The notes: generated by a model from the letters alone, not told the origin. 64,000 bases of DNA from Subdoligranulum sp. (GCA_014799685.1 JAAVHN010000018.1:85857-149856), one strand, 5' to 3'. Shown: positions 1 through 9,749, counted from the stretch's first letter. Translations and numbers: made by a program.

Positions 1-622
1 TAAGATCGCCCTCCTGCAGCTCTACAAAGCCGCCCCACTGCGCATCCTCACCGACGGCTGCAACCGTCGCGGCGGCCGGCGCGGCCACAACATCGCCCGC
101 CTTGCCCGCGATGTCCATGCCGTTGTGCGTGCGCCAATCCTTCATCGTCTCGTTGAACACCAGCTCATTGCCGCTGAAGGTTTGCAGCGTCGCACCCGAT
201 TTGGGCGAGGCGAACAAAGGTTCCTGCACGATCTGCGAGCTTGCAGGCTCTTCGGGCGCGGGCGATTCGGGCGATGCACTCTGCGCCGCAGGCTGCGAGC
301 TGGATGAAGACGAAGCCGTACTTTGCCGCCTCGATGAAGACGAGGACGCGGTCTGCGAGGACGCATCCTTTGAAGATGCCGCCGGCGCCGACGACGACGG
401 CGCTACGGGAACGCCTTCCTGACTTTCGTCCACGGGTGTGTTTTGCTGCCATGGAATGTCCTCCTCTCCGAACGGGTCCGGCTGCGGACTCTGTTCCATC
501 CGGCTCATCATACTGTTGATGGCAAGAAAGCTTGCCGTCGCCGCACCCGCAATCACGAGCGCCAGCGCGAGGTAAAAGCCCTTGCCCTTCCAAAAATCTT
601 TGGCATGCCGATCTTTTTTCAT
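1..622 (-). CDS. M23 (LytM-type) metallopeptidase with N-terminal membrane anchor; 3' end runs off the window
   Basis: Absent from the ORF track because it is open at the window edge. Manual translation from ATG (complement of 620-622, GGAGG upstream) gives MKKDRHAKDFWKGKGFYLALALVIAGAATASFLAINS (TM), a Ser/Pro-rich linker, then TFSGNELVFNETMKDWRTHNGMDIAGKAGDVVAAPAAATV with the HxxxD motif (HNGMD) of peptidase M23. No stop codon down to position 1. Confidence 0.8.
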   Translation of the reverse strand, partial: MKKDRHAKDFWKGKGFYLALALVIAGAATASFLAINSMMSRMEQSPQPDPFGEEDIPWQQNTPVDESQEGVPVAPSSSAPAASSKDASSQTASSSSSRRQSTASSSSSSQPAAQSASPESPAPEEPASSQIVQEPLFASPKSGATLQTFSGNELVFNETMKDWRTHNGMDIAGKAGDVVAAPAAATVAAVGEDAQWGGFVELQEGDL

Positions 623-870
623 GTTTCCTTTTCCTCCCTGCCGCGCCCGCCTTCCGAAAAGAGGGTGGGCAGCTGCTGTGATACCTCTATTTTGGGTTTT
701 CATCTGCCGGAATATACATGCACCCGCAAAGGCATTTGTGACAAAAACGTAAAAACACCGGCGGCAGGCAGGCAAGAAAAACAAACAGCACTTGCGTTTT
801 TGGCCGTGAGAAAGTACAATAATATAGGAATAGACGCGCGGCGCGGTGCGCCGCGGGAGGCGGTGTGCGA

Positions 871-2283
871 ATGAGAGAAGAATATTATGATATGCCGGAC
901 GTCTGCCGGAACTGCGGCAGACCGCTGGCGGACCAGGACGGAGACCTGTGCCCTGCCTGCCGCGCAATGGAGGCGGCCAAGGCGCAGTATTTAAAACGGG
1001 AAAACATCAAGCGCCCGCGCCGGCGGCGTGTGAACCGCACCACGCGGGGGATGCTGGTTGCGGTATGCGTGCTGGCCGTGCTGTTCCTCGGCCTTTGCAC
1101 CGCCGCCACAGTGCTCTATGAGACGCACCGTCCCGATGTGTTCCTCTCGGCCCTGGACGCGGCGCTCGCAGCGGGCGATGTGCGCACGGTAAAGGGCATG
1201 CTGGCCGGCAGCGATCTCGCCATCTCGGACGAGGGCGCGGCGGCGCTGTGCCGCGCATTTGCCGACGAAACGCGCCGCGCCGCGCTGTACGAGCAGCTTT
1301 CCGCGCAGGTGGTCGACCCGGCTGCGTCCGGGCAATTCCCCGCGTTGCGCCTTGTAAAGACCCCTGTTTTCTTCGGCTACGGCGATTACACAGTCTCCGT
1401 GCACAGCGTGCAGCTTCTGCTGCACTCACCGGCGCGCAACCTGCTGCTCTCGCTGGACGGCATTCCCCGCACGGGTGAGCAGGTCGCCGACGGCATCCTG
1501 TACCGCAACCTGTTCCCGGGCCTCTACACCTGCACGGTGACGGGCGTGACGGCGGCGGGCCAATCCGTCTCGAGCGGCGGGGTGGAGCTGACGCTCTTTT
1601 CCGACGCCGCGCCCTCGCTGTTTGACGGCGCACTGCCTATCGCGGCGGTGACGGTTTCGGGCTGCGTAAACGATGAAGCCATCATCACCGTGGACGGCGT
1701 TGCCGTGGCGGAAAAAGCCGTGAACGGCACCGTCAGCCTGCCGGAAATCGCTGTGGGCAGCACCGTCGGCATGCAGTACACGTCGCCCTGGGGCGCGGTG
1801 ACGACCGCCACGGCGCAGTTTTCCGACGCCGCAAACCCGGCGCTCACGTTTTCCGATTTTGTCACGCAGGGCGGCGTTCCCTCTGCGGAGGAGCTGAACT
1901 CCCTGCTCTCCATCTGCTATGCCACGTATTTTGACGCCATGAACCAGCGCGACGCATCGCTGCTGGGCGGCTGCACCGACGCGTACCGGAACGCAATCGC
2001 GGAGAGCGTCGCCTCGGACGCGCACGAGGGCACGCTCTATATCATGGGATTGGCCGAATGCAGCCCCGCCGCCATCAAGAGCACGACGGTGGACGGCGCA
2101 CCGTATATCTCCTGCTACGCAAAATGCACCTACGACCAGGTAGACCGGGAGACCAGCGAGCAGACCGAGGAAGTGTCTTACGCCGTCTGCCGCTTCACCT
2201 GGGCCGACGGCTGGAAGCTGAACGACCTGGCCGATTCCTCCGAGGAAGCCTTCAACGCCGCCTCGCTGGATGCGCTGCCCTGA
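871..2283 (+). CDS. zinc-ribbon, single-pass membrane protein of TcaA/YvbJ type
   Basis: ORF 865-2283. N-terminal CxxC...CxxC (CRNCGRPL...CPAC), Arg-rich stretch, TM (MLVAVCVLAVLFLGLC), then a large extracytoplasmic region ending in an NTF2-like segment. ATG 871 lies 10 nt after GGGAGG; GTG 865 and ATG 892 are alternatives. Confidence 0.65.
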   Translation: MREEYYDMPDVCRNCGRPLADQDGDLCPACRAMEAAKAQYLKRENIKRPRRRRVNRTTRGMLVAVCVLAVLFLGLCTAATVLYETHRPDVFLSALDAALAAGDVRTVKGMLAGSDLAISDEGAAALCRAFADETRRAALYEQLSAQVVDPAASGQFPALRLVKTPVFFGYGDYTVSVHSVQLLLHSPARNLLLSLDGIPRTGEQVADGILYRNLFPGLYTCTVTGVTAAGQSVSSGGVELTLFSDAAPSLFDGALPIAAVTVSGCVNDEAIITVDGVAVAEKAVNGTVSLPEIAVGSTVGMQYTSPWGAVTTATAQFSDAANPALTFSDFVTQGGVPSAEELNSLLSICYATYFDAMNQRDASLLGGCTDAYRNAIAESVASDAHEGTLYIMGLAECSPAAIKSTTVDGAPYISCYAKCTYDQVDRETSEQTEEVSYAVCRFTWADGWKLNDLADSSEEAFNAASLDALP

Positions 2284-2394
2284 GGGGAAGGGCCGGAGCG
2301 AAAGGCGTTCCTGTCGGAATCGGGATATCTGCAAAATTATGGAGATCTCCCTGCGGACGTGATATACTGAATTTGAAACAGCCGATAAGAAAGG

Positions 2395-3348
2395 ATGTGC
2401 GTGCCGATGGGCTTTCTGCCAAAAGACGCGGAAATTTTACCGCCCTCCGACGACCGGGTGTTTAAGCTGCTTCTTACTTCCCCGGAGGCAAAGCAGGGGC
2501 TGATGAATCTGATCTCTGCCGTCATTGGCCGCAATGTTGTAGAGGTTGTCCTCCATGTAAATGAGCCGCCTGCCGAGGATATCAACGATAAAGGCGAGCG
2601 ATTTGATGTCAACTGCAAGATTGACGACGGGAGTCAGATCAACATTGAGATGCAGTCGTCCCGGATGCAGGAGGACCTGGACGGACTGCATCGGAATCTG
2701 AAAGGGAAAAGCATCTATTATCTGACAGACCTGCATGCATCCCAGCCCGCCAAGGGGCTGCGCCGGTATGACAAACTGGCACGAACGCATCAAATCACCT
2801 TTTGTGCCTATACAATTTTTCCGGATGCGATGGAATATGTGAATGCATTTTCCATGCGTCATGATCAAACCGGCGATCTGCTGAGCGACGCGCTGCATAT
2901 CACATTTGTGGAACTTTCCAAGCTGGAAGAAATTATAAAGAAACCCGTCAATGAGATGACGGATTTAGACAAGTGGTCGGTATTTTTTGAATACGCGTCC
3001 GACCCGGAACACCGGGAATCGGTGAATGAGGTCATTGAATCGGAGGAGGTGTTGCAAATGGCTGGAAATCTGCTGATGAGCATCAGCCAAAATGAGCGGG
3101 AGCGCGCGATCTATCGCAGCCGCCGGAAATATCAAACAGATCTGCAGTCCGATTTTGCGACGGCGGAGGACAGAGGACGTGTGTTGGGCCGCGCGGAGGG
3201 CTTGAGCGATGCTGTCCGTAATTTGATGGACAGCTTGGGCATGCCTTTGGAGCAAGCGATGTCTGTACTGAAGATTCCGGCCGAGGAACAGCCGAAGTAC
3301 CGCGAGCTGCTGCAAAGCAACAATGACTCTGCCGGAAGAATTCAATAA
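2395..3348 (+). CDS. Rpn family recombination-promoting nuclease / putative transposase (PD-(D/E)XK, YhgA-like)
   Basis: 317 aa. N-terminal DRVFKLLL...GLMNLISAVIG, then ERFDVNCKIDDGSQINIEMQ (D...E.Q nuclease core) and a helical C-terminal region, typical of the PDDEXK_2/TIGR01784 family. Visibly lower GC than its flanks. ATG 2407 is an alternative start. Confidence 0.75.
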   Translation: MCVPMGFLPKDAEILPPSDDRVFKLLLTSPEAKQGLMNLISAVIGRNVVEVVLHVNEPPAEDINDKGERFDVNCKIDDGSQINIEMQSSRMQEDLDGLHRNLKGKSIYYLTDLHASQPAKGLRRYDKLARTHQITFCAYTIFPDAMEYVNAFSMRHDQTGDLLSDALHITFVELSKLEEIIKKPVNEMTDLDKWSVFFEYASDPEHRESVNEVIESEEVLQMAGNLLMSISQNERERAIYRSRRKYQTDLQSDFATAEDRGRVLGRAEGLSDAVRNLMDSLGMPLEQAMSVLKIPAEEQPKYRELLQSNNDSAGRIQ

Positions 3349-3389
3349 CCGGTGTAAACACCTTTGGAGGTTTAAGGACTACCCATATC

Positions 3390-3440
3390 AAGGGGCTGTT
3401 GCACAAGGGAAGCCTTGAGCAACAGCCCCTTGCTTTTTTT
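3390..3440 (+). terminator. rho-independent terminator after the Rpn gene
   Basis: AAGGGGCTGTTGC (3390-3402) pairs with GCAACAGCCCCTT (3419-3431), followed by GCTTTTTTTA. The loop holds an inner CAAGG/CCTTG hairpin. Confidence 0.65.
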
Positions 3441-3870
3441 ATTCCCGCTCCCCTTCCGCGCCGTCCGCCGGGCAATGCTTCTGGCGTATTTGCCGCACCA
3501 TGCGCCACACACCGTTTTCAGGCACCCAGAGCGTATGGAGCGTCTCCCATGTGCCGCCGGCATCCTGCCGCGCAGCATCTGCAGCCAGTGTCCCGCCTCC
3601 GGGCCCGGGTAAAACACGCAGGCTGTACCGCCAGCCGTCCGGTGCGTCGGCTGTCAGCGCGCGCAGCTGCCGCTCCACGGCGCAAAGCTCCGGCAGCGGC
3701 GGCGGCTGCAAAACCATATCGCCGCACAGCAGCAAAACAAGCGCCAGCGCCGCCGTACAGCAAGCCATCCGCCGTACCCGCTTTGGCGCCGCCGCACTGC
3801 ACACCGTCCGCTGCATCCGCTGCAATGCCGCCGCGCAGTATCTCGCCCACCGCTTCGCGACCCCTCGCAT
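3439..3870 (-). CDS. hypothetical small secreted or membrane-anchored protein
   Basis: Frame of ORF 3439-3903. ATG 3870 is preceded by TGGGGGGA. Basic N-terminus then hydrophobic MACCTAALALVLLLCG. High GC3. No recognised family, and several competing GC-artefact ORFs overlap it. Confidence 0.4.
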   Translation of the reverse strand: MRGVAKRWARYCAAALQRMQRTVCSAAAPKRVRRMACCTAALALVLLLCGDMVLQPPPLPELCAVERQLRALTADAPDGWRYSLRVLPGPGGGTLAADAARQDAGGTWETLHTLWVPENGVWRMVRQIRQKHCPADGAEGERE

Positions 3871-4143
3871 GCGATCCCCCCATTCCAGACCCGTTCCGTC
3901 CACTCTGCATACTTCTTATAGATTATACTCAATATATTTAGTATAGTCAATGATTTGAGTATGGTAAAGTGAAGAAAAGCCGGAAGGGCTGCGCGTATCA
4001 CAGACGTGCTGCACCGCAGGCGCGCTGTTCGACAGACACGCCGTACAGCAAGTCGTGCCATACAGGCAGGCGTGCCGCGCTGCCGCTGTGCCGCGGGCGG
4101 GCAGCTGCCCTTCCGGGATGTCCGGTGGGAAGAGGTGGCGCGT

Positions 4144-4350
4144 GTGATCAGCTATGATCCGTTTTACCGCACGCTGTACAAAAAGAACATCACAGAATAC
4201 CAACTCATCTTCAAGCACGGCGTTTCGGCCAATACGCTGCACCGCATGAAGCACGGCGAGACCATCACGCTGAAAACGCTGGATACGCTGTGCTTTATTC
4301 TCGATTGCCCCGTATCCGATGTGATCGAATACCGGCGGGATGCCGAATAA
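4144..4350 (+). CDS. XRE/Cro-type helix-turn-helix transcriptional regulator (about 68 aa)
   Basis: C-terminal part of ORF 4006-4350: VISYDPFYRTLYKKNITEYQLIFKHGVSANTLHRMKHGETITLKTLDTLCFILDCPVSDVIEY, the short YozG-like HTH type. GTG 4144 follows GAAGAGGTGG; the upstream part of the ORF looks non-coding. Confidence 0.7.
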   Translation: MISYDPFYRTLYKKNITEYQLIFKHGVSANTLHRMKHGETITLKTLDTLCFILDCPVSDVIEYRRDAE

Positions 4351-4406
4351 CAGCCGGCCTTTGCCCTTTGGCACACAAAAGCAGCCCCCCTTCTGCGATT
4401 TTGCGC

Positions 4407-4460
4407 AAAAAACGGCGACCGCCAATCCCCTGTTCGGGGGTAAGGCAGCCGCCGTTTTTT
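4407..4460. terminator. bidirectional terminator between the convergent XRE gene and proS
   Basis: AAAAAACGGCGACCGCC ... GGCAGCCGCCGTTTTTT, an imperfect long stem with an inner CCCC/GGGG hairpin. There are A-runs on the 5' side and T-runs on the 3' side. Confidence 0.5.
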
Positions 4461-4537
4461 ACTTCATAATGCACGATCCGTAATGGATGGAACCGCGGAC
4501 GCATACGAAAGCGTGAAATTTTTATAAAAGCACCCGT

Positions 4538-5974
4538 TCAATACGCCTTGCCCCACACCACCATCGTCCTGGCGGGCTTGCCGCAGCAGGGGCATACGTC
4601 GGAGAGCTTTTCCTGCTCGAACGGCATGTTGCGGCTCGTCAGCCCGGCCTTTTCCTTCATCATTTCCTCGCAGGCAAGATCCCCGCACCACATGGTTTTG
4701 ATGTAGCCGTTCTCGCCCGCCGCAAGTTTTTGCACCTCGTCCATCGTTGTGGCCGTCCAGGTGCGCTTGGCGCGGTTTTCGGCGGCGCGGCCATACAGGT
4801 TTTTGGCCAGCGCGTCCAGCAGCGCGGGCACGGCCGTCTCTAACTCATCCCACTTGACGAACGATTTTTCACGCGTGTCGCGGCGCACCAGCACGCACTG
4901 CTCCTTTTCGATGTCCTTCGGGCCCACCTCCAGGCGCAGGGGCACGCCCTTCATCTCCCACTGGGCAAATTTCCAGCCGGGGCTGTTGTCGCTGCCGTCC
5001 ACCTTCACGCGCACGAATTTCGCAAGCTTTTCGCGCAGCTCCTCGGCCTTTTCCAGCACGCCGGGCTTGTGCGCGGCCACGGGCACGATCACCACCTGGA
5101 TGGGCGCGACGGCGGGCGGCAAAATCAGGCCTTCGTCGTCGCCGTGCGTCATGATGATGGCGCCGATCAGGCGCGTGCTGGCGCCCCAGCTCGTCTGGAA
5201 CGGATACTGCAGCGTATTGTCGCGCCCGGCGAACTGCACGCCGAACGCGCGCGAGAAGCCGTCGCCGAAATAGTGGCTGGTGCCGCTCTGCAGCGCCTTG
5301 CCGTCGTGCATCATGGCTTCGATGGAATAGGTGGCCTCTGCGCCCGCAAACTTTTCCTTCTCGGTCTTCTTGCCCTTCAGCACGGGGATGCACAGATCCT
5401 TTTCGCAGAAATCGGCATATTCCTCCAACTGGCGCTCGGTCTCGGCGATGGCCTCTTCGGCTGTTTCGTGGATGGTGTGCCCCTCCTGCCACAGGAATTC
5501 GCGCGAGCGCAGGAACGGACGCGTCGTTTTTTCCCAGCGCACCACGCTGCACCACTGGTTGTACTTCATGGGCAGGTCGCGGTACGAGTGCAGCACGTGC
5601 GCAAAGTGGTCGCAGAACAGCGTCTCGCTGGTGGGGCGCACGCACAGCCGGTCTTCCAGCTGCTCGGAACCGCCCATCGTCACCCACGCCACCTCGGGCG
5701 CAAAGCCCTCCACGTGGTCCTTCTCCTTTTGCAGCAGGCTCTCCGGGATCAGAAGCGGCATCGAGACGTTTTCATGGCCGGTGGCCTTAAAGCGCGCGTC
5801 CATCAGATGCATGATGTTCTCCCAGATGGCGTAGCCGTACGGCCGCAGGATCACAAAGCCTTTCACGGTGGAATAATCCACGAGCTCCGCTTTCAAACAG
5901 ATATCGGTATACCACTGGGTAAAATCCTCGTTGATGGGGGTGATGGCCTCCACTAACTTTTTGTTTTCGCTCAT
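4538..5974 (-). CDS. proS: proline--tRNA ligase (archaeal/eukaryotic-like type lacking the INS editing domain)
   Basis: 478 aa: [35 protein letters not shown]...RPTSETLF...FLWQEGHT... and a C-terminal CPCCGKPA zinc motif, the full-length class II ProRS pattern. Confidence 0.95.
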   Translation of the reverse strand: MSENKKLVEAITPINEDFTQWYTDICLKAELVDYSTVKGFVILRPYGYAIWENIMHLMDARFKATGHENVSMPLLIPESLLQKEKDHVEGFAPEVAWVTMGGSEQLEDRLCVRPTSETLFCDHFAHVLHSYRDLPMKYNQWCSVVRWEKTTRPFLRSREFLWQEGHTIHETAEEAIAETERQLEEYADFCEKDLCIPVLKGKKTEKEKFAGAEATYSIEAMMHDGKALQSGTSHYFGDGFSRAFGVQFAGRDNTLQYPFQTSWGASTRLIGAIIMTHGDDEGLILPPAVAPIQVVIVPVAAHKPGVLEKAEELREKLAKFVRVKVDGSDNSPGWKFAQWEMKGVPLRLEVGPKDIEKEQCVLVRRDTREKSFVKWDELETAVPALLDALAKNLYGRAAENRAKRTWTATTMDEVQKLAAGENGYIKTMWCGDLACEEMMKEKAGLTSRNMPFEQEKLSDVCPCCGKPARTMVVWGKAY

Positions 5975-6124
5975 AATTTTCTACTCCCTTTCTTTCCCTT
6001 TCCCGCTGCAAAGCATCTGCCCACTGTGCCCGTGGCAGCACATCAAATTGTTGAGGAATGATTTCCGAAAGATGCATCCTGAACAGACATTCCTTGAAAT
6101 ACGCCCCAACCGCCCGATAATCTC

Positions 6125-6158
6125 AAAAAAGCCCCCACGCGAACCGCCTGGGGGCTTT
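6125..6158 (-). terminator. rho-independent terminator after acpP
   Basis: Minus strand reads AAAGCCCCCAGGCGGTTCGCGTGGGGGCTTTTTTGAG. Confidence 0.7.
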
Positions 6159-6175
6159 GTCGTCTGCAAAATCCT

Positions 6176-6403
6176 TTAAGAATTTTCTTCGATGTAGCGG
6201 ACAACGTCACCGACCGTGCGGAAATTTTCGATCTGGTCGTCCGGAACCTCCATGTTGAATTCATCCTCGAGCGACATAACAAGGTCGACAAGATCCAGGC
6301 TGTCCGCCTCGAAATCCTCCATAATATCGGAGTCCATTGTGATGCTGTCTTCCTCCAGATCAAGCTGGTCGCAGATGATCTCACGGATACGTTCAAAGAC
6401 CAT
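6176..6403 (-). CDS. acpP: acyl carrier protein
   Basis: MVFERIREIICDQLDLEEDSITMDSDIMEDFEADSLDLVDLVMSLEDEFNMEVPDDQIENFRTVGDVVRYIEENS, with the DSLD phosphopantetheine-attachment motif. ATG 6403 follows GGAGGG. The upstream part of ORF 6176-6520 is a non-coding extension. Confidence 0.9.
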   Translation of the reverse strand: MVFERIREIICDQLDLEEDSITMDSDIMEDFEADSLDLVDLVMSLEDEFNMEVPDDQIENFRTVGDVVRYIEENS

Positions 6404-6599
6404 AACTCTACCCTCCATCCTGCTGTGCGCAGCGCGCAATGATTCTATAAAATTTATAGCGTGTTTCATATGAGATGTCAAGCGGATTCGAAAACTTTTT
6501 TTGCTTTCCCGCAAAAACATTTGTACCCACTGTTATTTTGTGCCGGAAAATGCTGTTTTTGCAAATTTTTTCGGCAGCGCCGGTCGATCCGGAGTTCCC

Positions 6600-8678
6600 C
6601 TATTCCCTGTGCCCGTCGCTTTCGATGGGCGTGATCTCCGACAGCGCCGACCGCATTCTTGGCTCGTAGAAGCAGAAGCGCCCGCGCCCGCCGTGCTTGA
6701 CGGTATACAGCGCCTGATCCGCCGCGTGGAACAGCGCGTCGAAATCGCGGCCCACGGTCTCCGTCAAAGCGACGCCCATGCTGATGGAGATGGTGAAATC
6801 CCGGAATTGGCCGGTGAGCGCGTGGAACAGGCGGTTCACCGCAAGGTCGATGTTCTCGCAGTATTCCAGCGAGACAAGGAACTCGTCCCCGCCCGCGCGT
6901 GCCGCAATGTCATCGCCGCGCACATTGGTGCGCAGCTTGTCGGCAATGTGCATGAGAACGTCGTTGCCGAAGAGGTGCCCGTAGGTATCGTTGGCGGCTT
7001 TGAAGTGGTCCAGATCGAACAGAATCAGCGCAAAATGGCTTGCGTGCCGCTCCTCCATCCGCTGCTCCGTCAAGCGGCGCGCGAACGCGAGGTTGTACAG
7101 GTTGCACAGCGCGTCATGGCTGGCCATCTGCTCCAAATTCGACATACGCGTGCGCATGTCGTGGATATCGATCACCTTGCCGATGGCGCCCATATACCGG
7201 GGCGGCTCGTCGCTCGTCCAGGTGGCGCGCGCGATGAAGCGCGTCCAGCGCGCCTCGCCGTCGACATTCATCCGGCATTCGAATTCCACCACGGGATTCT
7301 CCGGGGTGGTGTCGTGCAGCTCGGCGGCCAGCTCCTCCAAATCGGTATCGCGCAAAATGGCCCGCACCGCGTGGTTGTCGCGCGGGTTCATCAGCACCTC
7401 GTCCAGCCCCATCCGCTTTGCGCCCCAGGAGGAGATGGTAACGAGCGGCGGCTCGGCCGTGTACTCGAACTGCAGCTCCTGCGACATCGCCGCAAAGAAG
7501 CTGTACTTCATGCGCTCGTGCTCCAAAAGGCGCAGCGTCCGGTCGGAGGCCGTCACATATTCCTGCCGGCTCACCTCCTGTACGAGGCGCTGCGATTTCT
7601 TCGGCGCGAAATAATTCTCCAGCGCGTCCTCCAGCTCGGCGGCCAGCGTGGCGGCATGCTCTTTCAGGCATTCCAGCAAAAGCGGGTTGAACGTGCCGCA
7701 TTCCCCGGCGAGGATCATCTCCACCGCGCGGTCGTGCGGATAGGGGGGTTTGTAGACGCGCTGGCTCGTCAGTGCGTCGTACACATCGGCCAGCGCCACC
7801 ACCTGGGCCGCGATGGGGATCTCGTCCCCGGCAAGGCCGTCCGGATAGCCGCGGCCGTCCCAGCGCTCGTGATGCCAGCGGCAGATGTCGTGCGCCATCA
7901 GCATCAGCGGCTCGTCGCGGTGCATGGGCAGCGCATCCATCATCCGCGCACCCTCGATGGTGTGCGTTTTCATCACCGCAAACTCCTCCGGCGTCAGCCG
8001 GCCGGGCTTGTTCAGGATCTCCTCGGGGATGGCAATCTTGCCGATATCGTGCAGCGCGGCCGCCGTGGAGATCATCAGAATATCGCCCGGCGCGATCTTG
8101 TACTGATCGGTTTTTGCCAGAAGCTTGCGCAGCAAGAGGTCGGTAAGCACGCGGATGTGCAGCACGTGGGTGCCGCTCTCGCCGTTGCGGAATTCCACGA
8201 TGTGGCTCAGCACATCTACCATCAGTGTATTCTGCCGCTCGGTTTCCTGTATCTGCTGCGCCAGCTGTTCGGTAAGATTTTTTTGCTTGGTATACAAAAA
8301 GATCGTGTTGATCACGCGCCGCTGCACGATCATCTCGTCGAACGGGCGGCCGATGAAATCCGTGCAGCCTAATTTATACGCGCGCTCGATGTTCGCGCTG
8401 TCGCTCTCGGACGAAATCATGATGACGGGCACGTCCTCGATCCAGCCCTGGGTGTTCATCTCCTCCAGCACGCCGAAGCCGTCGATCCCGGGCATCACGA
8501 TGTCCAGAAGCATCAGCGAAAGCTCGCCCTCGTGCTTTTGCAGCGCCGCGATGGCCTGCACACCGTTTTCCGCCTCGATGATCTCGTAATCCTTTGCCAG
8601 CATCACGGAAAGGATCGCACGGTTCATCTCCGCGTCGTCCACGATTAGAATTTTTTGCCGTTTTCTGCGTTGTTCCAT
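6600..8678 (-). CDS. response regulator with REC, HD-GYP, PAS-like and GGDEF domains
   Basis: Starts at MEQRRKRQKILIVDD (ATG 8678 after GAGGAG). REC (LLDIVMPGIDG), HD-GYP (HDIGK ... HHERWDGRGYPDGL), a PAS-like middle region, and GGDEF (RGDD I-site five residues before AGGDEF). Confidence 0.9.
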   Translation of the reverse strand: MEQRRKRQKILIVDDAEMNRAILSVMLAKDYEIIEAENGVQAIAALQKHEGELSLMLLDIVMPGIDGFGVLEEMNTQGWIEDVPVIMISSESDSANIERAYKLGCTDFIGRPFDEMIVQRRVINTIFLYTKQKNLTEQLAQQIQETERQNTLMVDVLSHIVEFRNGESGTHVLHIRVLTDLLLRKLLAKTDQYKIAPGDILMISTAAALHDIGKIAIPEEILNKPGRLTPEEFAVMKTHTIEGARMMDALPMHRDEPLMLMAHDICRWHHERWDGRGYPDGLAGDEIPIAAQVVALADVYDALTSQRVYKPPYPHDRAVEMILAGECGTFNPLLLECLKEHAATLAAELEDALENYFAPKKSQRLVQEVSRQEYVTASDRTLRLLEHERMKYSFFAAMSQELQFEYTAEPPLVTISSWGAKRMGLDEVLMNPRDNHAVRAILRDTDLEELAAELHDTTPENPVVEFECRMNVDGEARWTRFIARATWTSDEPPRYMGAIGKVIDIHDMRTRMSNLEQMASHDALCNLYNLAFARRLTEQRMEERHASHFALILFDLDHFKAANDTYGHLFGNDVLMHIADKLRTNVRGDDIAARAGGDEFLVSLEYCENIDLAVNRLFHALTGQFRDFTISISMGVALTETVGRDFDALFHAADQALYTVKHGGRGRFCFYEPRMRSALSEITPIESDGHRE

Positions 8679-8902
8679 ATTGTTCTCCTCGTTTCCCGTC
8701 AGGCTTTTCACGGCACGTGCCGGAATGCGCGGTGTTGTTGATTTTCTTTTTCCCTGCCATGACGCAATGCCGCCGGAGGCGGCTGCGGCAAAACAGGCGG
8801 GCGCACACACGCGGTTTTGCGCACAGTAATGCAATGTGCCCGGGCGCTGCGCGCCGGCGCGGCGTATGCAGAGCAAACGCCGCACCGGCGGCACCCGGGC
8901 TT

Positions 8903-8931
8903 ATTATACTATAATTCACACGTTTTGTCTA
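8903..8931 (-). promoter_or_regulatory. sigma-70-type promoter for the REC-HD-GYP-GGDEF gene
   Basis: Minus strand reads TAGACA, 17 nt, TATAAT (-35 at 8926-8931, -10 at 8903-8908). It sits about 225 nt upstream of the start codon. Confidence 0.5.
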
Positions 8932-8982
8932 CGATTTGAAGACGCTTGATGGGGCCGCGGAGGAAAATGGAGGAAGTCAGGG

Positions 8983-9607
8983 CTATCCCAACATCCAGCG
9001 AACAATATCCTGCGCCTTTTCTTCATCAAACGGAGCCCCCCACTTGTTGAACTCCTCCAGTGACAATACCCTCATGTTCCGAATGCAATACGGCTTTTCC
9101 ATAAAAGCAAGGCAAACATGGTTTGCCAGCAGATCCTGCCAGCCGTCCCGGCTGATGGGGCTCAGAACATGATCGCACAATATAAAATTATGCGTATTTC
9201 TCAGCGCCCGTTCTTCTGCCGGTTTTTCATCTGTATGCATCCAGTGGTACCGGTTGCCCTCCAAATGGATCGCCAGCAGAGAGAGCATGCTTGCCCTGTT
9301 GTCTGCGCTTCCATCGCTGCCGGATCAACTCGTCCAACGCGTAATATCCGAAGAGCGTGGAGGTTTCTGCGAGTATTGTCGTTACGCCTGCTTTCAGCAG
9401 CTTTTTCAGGGTGCGGCGCACATATCTGCGGTATTGCCTGCTTTTTTGCATGCTGCAGTCCGAATCCTCCCTGACGCCAAAAAAGAGCGCTGTCCGGGAC
9501 GGGTCCAACCCGGAAACGGTATTTTGAATGCTCTTTTCCGGCGATCTGGCACGCGTATCGGATAAAAACTGTATGATCTGAAGCATCTCCGTATATTCCA
9601 GGCACAT
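8983..9607 (-). pseudogene. SLOG-fold (DUF1273/YpsA-like, tentative) gene split into two overlapping ORFs by an apparent frameshift
   Basis: ORF 9227-9607 (TALFFGVRE...LKKLLKAGVTTILAETSTLFGYYALDELIRQ) and ORF 8983-9288 (LSLLAIHLEGNRYHWMH...ILCDHVLSPIS) overlap by 62 nt in different frames. Read together they resemble one DUF1273-like protein. The second frame is open upstream to 9327. Confidence 0.4.
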
Positions 9608-9676
9608 TTCTCATTTCTCCCTTCAAAATTCCTTTTTCTGGCCGAAACGCGGGTATTTTGAATATTATACCATAAG

Positions 9677-9692
9677 TTTTACATTTGTAAAA
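9677..9692. promoter_or_regulatory. perfect palindrome in the divergent intergenic region (candidate operator)
   Basis: TTTTACA-TT-TGTAAAA (7-bp arms), between the SLOG-like gene (minus) and the tandem XRE genes (plus). Confidence 0.3.
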
Positions 9693-9749
9693 TATATTGT
9701 CTTTTGCCAATACTATTTTTTTGGATGCAGGGCTAAACTTATTGACAAA

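Noticed and set aside
5975-6124. Possible T-box leader upstream of proS
   Set aside because: The roughly 150-nt leader contains no T-box consensus (no AGGGTGGTACCGCG-like element) and no specifier-loop/antiterminator arrangement. Only a weak hairpin (CTGCCAC/GTGGGCAG) is present.
6501-8372. 623-aa plus-strand ORF
   Set aside because: It is antisense to the REC-HD-GYP-GGDEF gene, which has clear motifs, and its composition is a low-complexity GC artefact.
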